DNA of 64,000 nucleotides from Perna viridis (lineage: Eukaryota): positions 10,044,001 through 10,108,000 of the forward strand of contig CM074520.1 of assembly GCA_037379345.1 (NCBI GenBank). The letters are read 5' to 3'. The position numbers were made by a program, and so were the translations under genes. Each line of letters begins with the position of its first letter. The first letter of the stretch is position 1. The notes beneath the pieces were generated by a model. The model saw only the letters and a program-made list of their open reading frames with translations, did no database searches and was not told where the DNA came from. Shown piece by piece: positions 62,001 through 64,000 of the stretch.

Positions 62001-63693
62001 GGAATTAGGCATACTGTGTCATAGTTGTAAGATGGATGGAAGTGGGCATACTGTGTCAATCAGATTTGTAATGGATGGAAGTTTGCATACTGAATTAGTC
62101 AGATTTGTAAGTAATGAAGGAGTGTGGACAGACTGTGTCAGTCAGATTTGTAAGTAATGGATGGAAGTGGGAATACTGTGTCAGTCAGATTTATAAGTAA
62201 TGGATGGAACTGGGCATACTGTGTCATTCATATCTGTAAGTTATGGATGGAAGTGGGCTTAGTGTATCAGTCAGATTTGTAAGTTATAGATGGAAGTGGG
62301 CCTAACTGGTAAATCTGTTGTACCTATAGTTTCACATATTTTATGGATTATAAAAGTGCATGTTTGAATAGGATGTACAAATTCCATGTTAAATAGAACT
62401 GAAAAGAAAACGCATTCATAATTTTATTGGTTTATAAAAGGTATATGGAATTATGAAGGCAAGCTGTACTTATTGTATGGCACTTGATAGAAATCGAATT
62501 ATTTTGATAGGCTGTTATAAAGCTGACTAAAGCTTTTATGTTTTGTTTTTGTTTACATGATTTTTTCAATACCTTTATATTAATCAACAGGTAGAGAATG
62601 GACTGACTGGTCCCAGGAACTGAGGATACCAGGCGATGAGTTAAGATGGAAGTTTACAAGTGATGGTTCTGTGAATGGCTGGGGGTGGTGTTTCACCGTG
62701 TATCCCATCATGCCCTCAGCTACTCCAATGGACATTTTATCTGATAGGACAATTCTGTCTCGACCCTCCATAGATCTAGTCACATGTTTATTAGACTTTA
62801 AGTTAGATTTAAGTTTAGACAAAGAAGTTGTCAACAGACTGGCTGCTGCTTTGGCAGCCTGTGCTCAGCTGAGCTCTTTGGGTAAGACTATTATTATACC
62901 CCTGGTTGGAAGGAGAGGGGGAGTGTTCTGAAGCGCTTCAGAACCATAAAGAATCTTATTATATTTACCAAATTACAAGTCCTATGTCATAAATGTCAGA
63001 GGCGACAATAAATTTGGTCATTGTGTTTGTGATATGATCATGTGAGGAAATGTTCCATAATTTTCTGGCATCAATTTGTTTTAATCTGATGAATTTTGTG
63101 TATTTGTGGGATTTGTTGAAATATTTTTTTTAGGAATAAATTCCATGCTTTGACACTACCACATAAAGTGCAAACATGAAAAAGAAAAATGATACTTTCA
63201 TAGTACATGTATTTCATACAACTGGTGGTTGTATATGTTATTTTTGTCTATTGAGTGATTTTAGACTCAATACTAAAATTTTGAGTTATGGGTATTATAA
63301 GAAGTCACTCACTCTTTTTATCTGTCTTTATAAAATTAATAATACTTTTGCTTGAAAATTACTGTATTCAAGACAGGTTTAGGTAACAAGTTGGTGTAAA
63401 TACAAGCTAGATATTGCTAACAGTTTCAAAGATGATATATATACTCCGTGTTCACATATTCTAATTAGATTGATGTGTTATTCAGTATTCACTTCTATTA
63501 ATGGCTCAATTATATTTTTCTTTGTGAAATTATTTTTTGTACTTATTTTTCAGGTGCTGCTCAAAGAATGTGGGCATTACAGAAACTTAGGACATTGATC
63601 AGTGCTAAATCTGATACCTCACTCAATGTTAATGCTTTGTTAACTAATCCTAGTCCTGATACACCTGATGCTGACACGGCTCAGAAAACATTT
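1956..63693 (+). CDS. HERC2: E3 ubiquitin-protein ligase HERC2, partial multi-exon gene (60 coding exons in window; start exon and 3' end not found here)
   Basis: Exon translations match HERC2 as I recall it ([35 protein letters not shown]; [14 protein letters not shown]; [23 protein letters not shown]; [13 protein letters not shown]; [18 protein letters not shown]). Domain order is RLD1-cytb5-MIB/HERC2-UBA-CPH-ZZ-DOC-RLD2. All introns are GT-AG with compatible phases. Confidence 0.97.
3523..3978. repeat. Minisatellite, 52-bp unit, ~8.5 copies
   Basis: Unit gatgtgatagagttggtcttccttacattacagctcatacaatgatgatgtt; atgtg recurs at 3552, 3604, 3656, 3708. Confidence 0.95.
5666..5900 (+). mobile_element. 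HINE-like relic with (tcatacttc)n microsatellite
   Basis: ttattatgcccctcac..gtgggggtata head hairpin, then ccatacttc/tcatacttc repeats and an 'aatgaaacttt' core like other copies. Confidence 0.45.
8726..9058. repeat. Minisatellite, 30-bp unit, ~11 copies
   Basis: Unit ccaaggtgaaccctgtcctgtaccactgcc. Confidence 0.95.
9895..10652. repeat. Minisatellite, 28-bp unit, ~27 copies, with a 365-bp higher-order duplication
   Basis: Unit ataaactgtcccaaaccaggttatttca; diagnostic variants recur 365 bp apart. Confidence 0.95.
14219..14422 (+). CDS. HERC2: HERC2 exon 2 (Cys-rich segment + [10 protein letters not shown])
   Basis: tttacag|GA ... CCAG|gtatc; phase 1-1. Confidence 0.9.
14497..14800 (+). mobile_element. 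HINE-like non-autonomous element
   Basis: ataccctcgc / gcgggggtat sub-terminal inverted repeat, (gtct)n near the 5' end, 3' hairpin tgagc..gctca. Confidence 0.55.
15242..15461 (+). CDS. HERC2: HERC2 exon 3 ([13 protein letters not shown])
   Basis: atccag|AT ... AAAG|gtgag. Confidence 0.9.
16138..16349. mobile_element. MITE with ~35-bp TIRs (family A)
   Basis: aaggaggtagacctagggtaaaggacataactctt ... aagagttgtgtcctttaacctaggtctacctcctt; inverted-orientation copy at 54858-55071. Confidence 0.85.
16468..16728 (+). CDS. HERC2: HERC2 exon 4 ([22 protein letters not shown])
   Basis: ccccag|C ... GAGG|gtatg. Confidence 0.93.
17291..17576 (+). CDS. HERC2: HERC2 exon 5
   Basis: ttgaag|T ... GAG|gtatg; [24 protein letters not shown]. 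Confidence 0.88.
18042..18203 (+). CDS. HERC2: HERC2 exon 6
   Basis: tttcag|AAT ... AAG|gtgag; [25 protein letters not shown]. Confidence 0.9.
18734..18937 (+). CDS. HERC2: HERC2 exon 7 (start of RLD1)
   Basis: tttcag|TCT ... CCT|gtatg; QEVIGWG. Confidence 0.9.
18997..19540 (+). mobile_element. SINE-like element (body resembles V-domain-type mollusc SINEs) with an internal segment triplicated
   Basis: ggttcg B-box remnant, gaagactttcaaattggtagttgc..gcatgcagtataagg body, ..aggatgttaaac(aatc)n tail; a similar 3' fragment at ~26805-26893. Family assignment is from memory. Confidence 0.6.
19864..20015 (+). CDS. HERC2: HERC2 exon 8 (RCC1 repeat)
   Basis: tttcag|TCC ... AT|gtaag; [16 protein letters not shown]. 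Confidence 0.92.
20206..20465 (+). CDS. HERC2: HERC2 exon 9 (RCC1 repeat)
   Basis: ttacag|A ... G|gtaag; [16 protein letters not shown]. Confidence 0.93.
20819..20990 (+). CDS. HERC2: HERC2 exon 10 (RCC1 repeat)
   Basis: taacag|GA ... TG|gtaag; [19 protein letters not shown]. Confidence 0.93.
21438..21711 (+). CDS. HERC2: HERC2 exon 11 (RCC1 repeats)
   Basis: ttatag|G ... CAG|gtaat; [11 protein letters not shown]. Confidence 0.93.
22026..22226 (+). CDS. HERC2: HERC2 exon 12
   Basis: ttccag|ACA ... CAG|gtaag; [10 protein letters not shown]. Confidence 0.92.
22540..22768 (+). CDS. HERC2: HERC2 exon 13
   Basis: ttccag|CTA ... G|gtttg; [19 protein letters not shown]. Confidence 0.9.
22983..23125 (+). 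CDS. HERC2: HERC2 exon 14
   Basis: tttcag|TG ... AAG|gtgat; [16 protein letters not shown]. Confidence 0.9.
23501..23652 (+). CDS. HERC2: HERC2 exon 15
   Basis: tcgtag|GAT ... AG|gtatg; [11 protein letters not shown]. Confidence 0.85.
24382..24557 (+). CDS. HERC2: HERC2 exon 16
   Basis: tttcag|G ... G|gtaga; [13 protein letters not shown]. Confidence 0.85.
24972..25127 (+). CDS. HERC2: HERC2 exon 17
   Basis: tttcag|AT ... G|gtaat. Confidence 0.88.
25322..25507 (+). CDS. HERC2: HERC2 exon 18
   Basis: tattag|GT ... A|gtaag; [20 protein letters not shown]. Confidence 0.9.
26229..26411 (+). CDS. HERC2: HERC2 exon 19 (cytochrome b5-like domain, N-half)
   Basis: ggacag|GT ... A|gtaaa; [26 protein letters not shown]. 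Confidence 0.9.
26664..26755 (+). CDS. HERC2: HERC2 exon 20 (cytochrome b5-like domain, C-half)
   Basis: tgtcag|CT ... GAT|gtgag; [25 protein letters not shown]. Confidence 0.9.
27116..27371 (+). CDS. HERC2: HERC2 exon 21
   Basis: ttacag|CCA ... G|gtaac; [13 protein letters not shown]. Confidence 0.9.
28051..28288 (+). CDS. HERC2: HERC2 exon 22
   Basis: tttcag|GA ... AG|gtaat; EHPIEEVGR. Confidence 0.9.
29147..29490 (+). CDS. HERC2: HERC2 exon 23
   Basis: ttacag|A ... C|gtaag; [26 protein letters not shown]. Confidence 0.92.
30321..30577 (+). CDS. HERC2: HERC2 exon 24 (acidic, low-complexity linker)
   Basis: cttcag|GT ... AAG|gtatt; phase-compatible (1-0). Confidence 0.8.
30581..31023 (+). 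mobile_element. HINE-like non-autonomous element starting just inside the intron after exon 24
   Basis: ttattataacccttgc..gcggagggtat head, ctgtctgtcggtccatc, two related ~150-bp internal units, perfect 3' palindrome gtgagtgcactcac (31001-31014). Confidence 0.6.
31255..31431 (+). CDS. HERC2: HERC2 exon 25
   Basis: taatag|GTT ... CAG|gtaaa; [14 protein letters not shown]. Confidence 0.85.
31835..32161 (+). CDS. HERC2: HERC2 exon 26
   Basis: attcag|GTT ... AAG|gtaga; [15 protein letters not shown]. Confidence 0.88.
33149..33296 (+). CDS. HERC2: HERC2 exon 27
   Basis: tttcag|GAG ... G|gtaag; [18 protein letters not shown]. Confidence 0.88.
33763..33938 (+). CDS. HERC2: HERC2 exon 28 (MIB/HERC2 domain start)
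   Basis: ctttag|GT ... CAG|gtttg; [18 protein letters not shown]. Confidence 0.93.
34286..34475 (+). CDS. HERC2: HERC2 exon 29 (MIB/HERC2 domain)
   Basis: tttcag|GAT ... G|gtagg; [18 protein letters not shown]. Confidence 0.93.
34973..35152 (+). CDS. HERC2: HERC2 exon 30
   Basis: ttacag|AG ... A|gtaag. Confidence 0.87.
35838..36028 (+). CDS. HERC2: HERC2 exon 31
   Basis: ttgtag|AT ... CAG|gtctg; [11 protein letters not shown]. Confidence 0.9.
36452..36602 (+). CDS. HERC2: HERC2 exon 32
   Basis: taacag|ATA ... G|gttag; AVLPSWD. Confidence 0.87.
36768..36870 (+). mobile_element. tRNA-derived SINE head relic
   Basis: ggatggcctaatggttaagg resembles an A-box/D-arm; B-box and acceptor stem are degenerate. 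Confidence 0.35.
37125..37333 (+). CDS. HERC2: HERC2 exon 33
   Basis: taacag|TT ... CGG|gtttg; [22 protein letters not shown]. Confidence 0.87.
37300..37713 (+). repeat. 51-bp tandem array derived from the exon 33 3' end/donor
   Basis: ggtcattgataaac.. recurs at 37300 (exon), ~37356, ~37405, 37460, 37511, 37562, 37613, 37664. Confidence 0.92.
38816..39046 (+). CDS. HERC2: HERC2 exon 34
   Basis: taatag|GAG ... TCT|gtaag; [15 protein letters not shown]. Confidence 0.9.
39325..39472 (+). CDS. HERC2: HERC2 exon 35
   Basis: ttttag|ATT ... G|gtata; phase-compatible. Confidence 0.8.
39903..40174 (+). CDS. HERC2: HERC2 exon 36
   Basis: ttacag|CT ... GAG|gtttg; [17 protein letters not shown]. Confidence 0.9.
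40759..41023 (+). CDS. HERC2: HERC2 exon 37 (UBA-like start)
   Basis: acatag|GGA ... T|gtaag; [17 protein letters not shown]. Confidence 0.9.
41317..41513 (+). CDS. HERC2: HERC2 exon 38 (UBA-like end)
   Basis: tttaag|CT ... GCT|gtaag; LVGWLLEH. Confidence 0.88.
41974..42153 (+). CDS. HERC2: HERC2 exon 39 (CPH domain start; tandem CAGCAG acceptor)
   Basis: cctcag|CAG ... AAG|gtaaa; [22 protein letters not shown]. Confidence 0.92.
42364..42475 (+). CDS. HERC2: HERC2 exon 40 (CPH domain)
   Basis: ttacag|CTG ... CCAG|gtaag; [33 protein letters not shown]. Confidence 0.93.
42432..42810 (+). repeat. 59-60-bp tandem array derived from the exon 40 3' end/donor
   Basis: ggtcagatacatacatgt..gctact..gatttatcagcccaggtaagt repeated about 6 times. 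Confidence 0.93.
43068..43172 (+). CDS. HERC2: HERC2 exon 41
   Basis: tttcag|GT ... G|gtaaa; [25 protein letters not shown]. Confidence 0.92.
43494..43602 (+). CDS. HERC2: HERC2 exon 42
   Basis: attcag|CT ... AG|gtaag; [11 protein letters not shown]. Confidence 0.92.
44711..44813. repeat. DIRS inverted terminal repeat (3' end of element)
   Basis: tccatctgc...gaatcccctatctaaaaatatcatccaatgggatgacctaatagtagccatctacccttta... is the reverse complement of 49505-49609. Confidence 0.92.
44860..45688 (-). pseudogene. DIRS tyrosine recombinase (truncated)
   Basis: [31 protein letters not shown]; [11 protein letters not shown] (HxxR) lies after the stop at 44918; no catalytic-Tyr C-terminus visible. 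Confidence 0.88.
45689..47611 (-). pseudogene. DIRS reverse transcriptase / RNase H / adenine-methyltransferase-like ORF (disrupted)
   Basis: [43 protein letters not shown]; RNaseH LFTDAS, with [20 protein letters not shown] in a shifted frame (46234-46515); DLFAT..DAM..W..YAFPPF. Confidence 0.92.
47625..49376 (-). pseudogene. DIRS ORF1 (gag-like), fragmented by frameshifts/stops
   Basis: Chain of - strand ORFs (49152-49376, 48709-49062, 48169-48672, 47625-48182) directly upstream of RT; Ser/Pro-rich N-part; assigned mainly by position. Confidence 0.65.
49505..49609. repeat. DIRS inverted terminal repeat (5' end of element)
   Basis: ...taaagggtagatggctactattaggtcatcccattggatgatatttttagataggggattc...gcagatgga. 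Confidence 0.92.
49932..50065 (+). CDS. HERC2: HERC2 exon 43 (ZZ zinc finger)
   Basis: tttcag|C ... G|gtaat; [29 protein letters not shown]. Confidence 0.94.
50394..50584 (+). CDS. HERC2: HERC2 exon 44 (DOC/APC10 domain start)
   Basis: ttgtag|GC ... AAG|gtagg; [10 protein letters not shown]. Confidence 0.92.
50880..51077 (+). CDS. HERC2: HERC2 exon 45 (DOC domain)
   Basis: tttcag|CAT ... CAG|gtaag; HWIRLEM..DSSYMPS. Confidence 0.93.
51345..51860 (+). mobile_element. 3' fragment of an RT retroelement (Penelope-like C-terminus plus UTR), frameshifted
   Basis: [24 protein letters not shown] / [27 protein letters not shown] resembles the 'YGVYISQLIRYxRAC..LKSSLxKFYGRH' RT-thumb region common in invertebrate repeats. 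Confidence 0.55.
52439..52723 (+). CDS. HERC2: HERC2 exon 46 (DOC end / RLD2 start)
   Basis: ttacag|TAC ... AAG|gtgag; [29 protein letters not shown]. Confidence 0.93.
52974..53055 (+). CDS. HERC2: HERC2 exon 47 (RLD2)
   Basis: ttatag|ATC ... G|gtatg; [10 protein letters not shown]. Confidence 0.9.
53809..53909. mobile_element. 101-bp MITE with 5-bp target-site duplication
   Basis: aaggg|caggggcgaatcc ... ggatttaccactg|aaggg. Confidence 0.7.
53941..54084 (+). CDS. HERC2: HERC2 exon 48 (RLD2)
   Basis: ttttag|TG ... G|gtagg; [17 protein letters not shown]. Confidence 0.93.
54107..54320. mobile_element. MITE family B (tactgtgaaa..tttcacagta-type ends)
   Basis: Homologous copy at 61104-61320 shares gtgaaagtactt, gggaatcaaatttc and terminal acagtata. 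Confidence 0.7.
54604..54694 (+). CDS. HERC2: HERC2 exon 49 (RLD2)
   Basis: ctacag|GT ... TG|gtatg; [14 protein letters not shown]. Confidence 0.93.
54858..55071. mobile_element. MITE family A, second copy in opposite orientation
   Basis: Internal gtaagcatcaaagttacttggactgatttcattctgtttca is the near reverse complement of 16230-16273. Confidence 0.85.
55805..55982 (+). CDS. HERC2: HERC2 exon 50 (RLD2)
   Basis: ttttag|G ... CAG|gtatt; [16 protein letters not shown]. Confidence 0.93.
56415..56668 (+). CDS. HERC2: HERC2 exon 51 (RLD2)
   Basis: ttatag|GTT ... TG|gtaag; [16 protein letters not shown]. Confidence 0.93.
56904..57048 (+). CDS. HERC2: HERC2 exon 52 (RLD2)
   Basis: ttgcag|G ... CAG|gtaac; [11 protein letters not shown]. 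Confidence 0.93.
57005..57480 (+). repeat. ~80-bp tandem array derived from the exon 52 3' end/donor
   Basis: gagccctacactg..ctgtcactgataatggacaggtaactatacatgta repeated about 6 times. Confidence 0.92.
57780..58005 (+). CDS. HERC2: HERC2 exon 53 (RLD2 end)
   Basis: weak acceptor ttaaag|GTA ... G|gtacg; [15 protein letters not shown]. Confidence 0.9.
58276..58447 (+). CDS. HERC2: HERC2 exon 54
   Basis: tgacag|GA ... AG|gtgat; [10 protein letters not shown]. Confidence 0.9.
58801..58960 (+). CDS. HERC2: HERC2 exon 55
   Basis: tcacag|G ... GAG|gtgag; phase-compatible. Confidence 0.82.
59314..59338. repeat. (AC)n microsatellite
   Basis: acacacacac... about 12 units. Confidence 0.9.
59381..59840 (+). 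mobile_element. HINE-like element with ~155-bp internal tandem units
   Basis: acctgc..gcaggt head, ccatccatc, and repeated tatgggagttatgcccctttgaactt / aaacttggtatttagcatgaacaccatat units. Confidence 0.55.
60101..60397 (+). CDS. HERC2: HERC2 exon 56
   Basis: tttcag|CAC ... TCA|gtgag; [13 protein letters not shown]. Confidence 0.9.
60703..60856 (+). CDS. HERC2: HERC2 exon 57
   Basis: atctag|GTT ... G|gtaaa; [23 protein letters not shown]. Confidence 0.93.
61104..61320. mobile_element. MITE family B, second copy
   Basis: Colinear with 54107-54320. Confidence 0.7.
61511..61618 (+). CDS. HERC2: HERC2 exon 58
   Basis: tcttag|GT ... G|gtaag; [21 protein letters not shown]. Confidence 0.93.
61582..62305 (+). 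repeat. ~43-bp tandem array derived from the exon 58 3' end/donor
   Basis: atggatggaactgggcatactgtgtcagtcagat(c/t)tg(g)taag repeated about 16 times. Confidence 0.93.
62591..62881 (+). CDS. HERC2: HERC2 exon 59
   Basis: caacag|GT ... G|gtaag; [27 protein letters not shown]. Confidence 0.93.
63554..63693 (+). CDS. HERC2: HERC2 exon 60
   Basis: tttcag|GT ... TTT|gtaag; [10 protein letters not shown]. Confidence 0.88.
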
Positions 63694-64000
63694 GTAAGTA
63701 TTGCTGTGGATTCCTATATTACGCCCTTACTTGTAAAGGGCAGAGGGCAAGGTTCACTGTGGTTACCTTGTCTATCTGTTCTATTAAGGAGAAGTTTAGT
63801 TATGAAATTCAGTTTTTCAGGTTTTTTGTAGGGGATTATTTTTTATTTGATTTTATTTAAGGTGGTAGATATGTATTGTCTTTATAGAAGTGGTAATTGT
63901 ATTTAAAACCTTTCCTTGCATAGTTTGCTGTTAGCAGTTAACATTCAAATAGTGATGATGACTTTTGTTTTTATTAATTGTTCTCTTTTAAATAGATGTT

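Noticed and set aside
1956-63693. U12-type or non-canonical introns
   Set aside because: All traced donors are GT and none shows the GTATCCTT/ATATCCTT U12 signature.

Overview
AT-rich, CpG-depleted animal genomic DNA, most likely a bivalve mollusc judging from the repeat families (inference). The whole window lies inside one + strand gene, HERC2 (giant HECT/RCC1 E3 ubiquitin ligase). I traced 60 consecutive GT-AG coding exons (1956-63693) whose splice phases are all compatible. They cover the N-terminal region, RLD1, the cytochrome-b5-like, MIB/HERC2, UBA-like, CPH, ZZ and DOC domains, RLD2 and the region after it. I did not find the start exon, and RLD3/HECT lie beyond the window. One intron holds a decayed DIRS1-type tyrosine-recombinase retrotransposon (- strand) nested in a Helentron-associated-like non-autonomous element. 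Other introns hold MITEs, SINE-like and RT relics, and minisatellites. The most striking unexplained pattern is at 8 or more of the 60 splice donors: the last 25-60 nt of the exon plus the 5' splice site are reiterated as tandem 'echo' copies in the downstream intron, often with intact GTAAG/GTGAG donors. I saw no equivalent at any acceptor.
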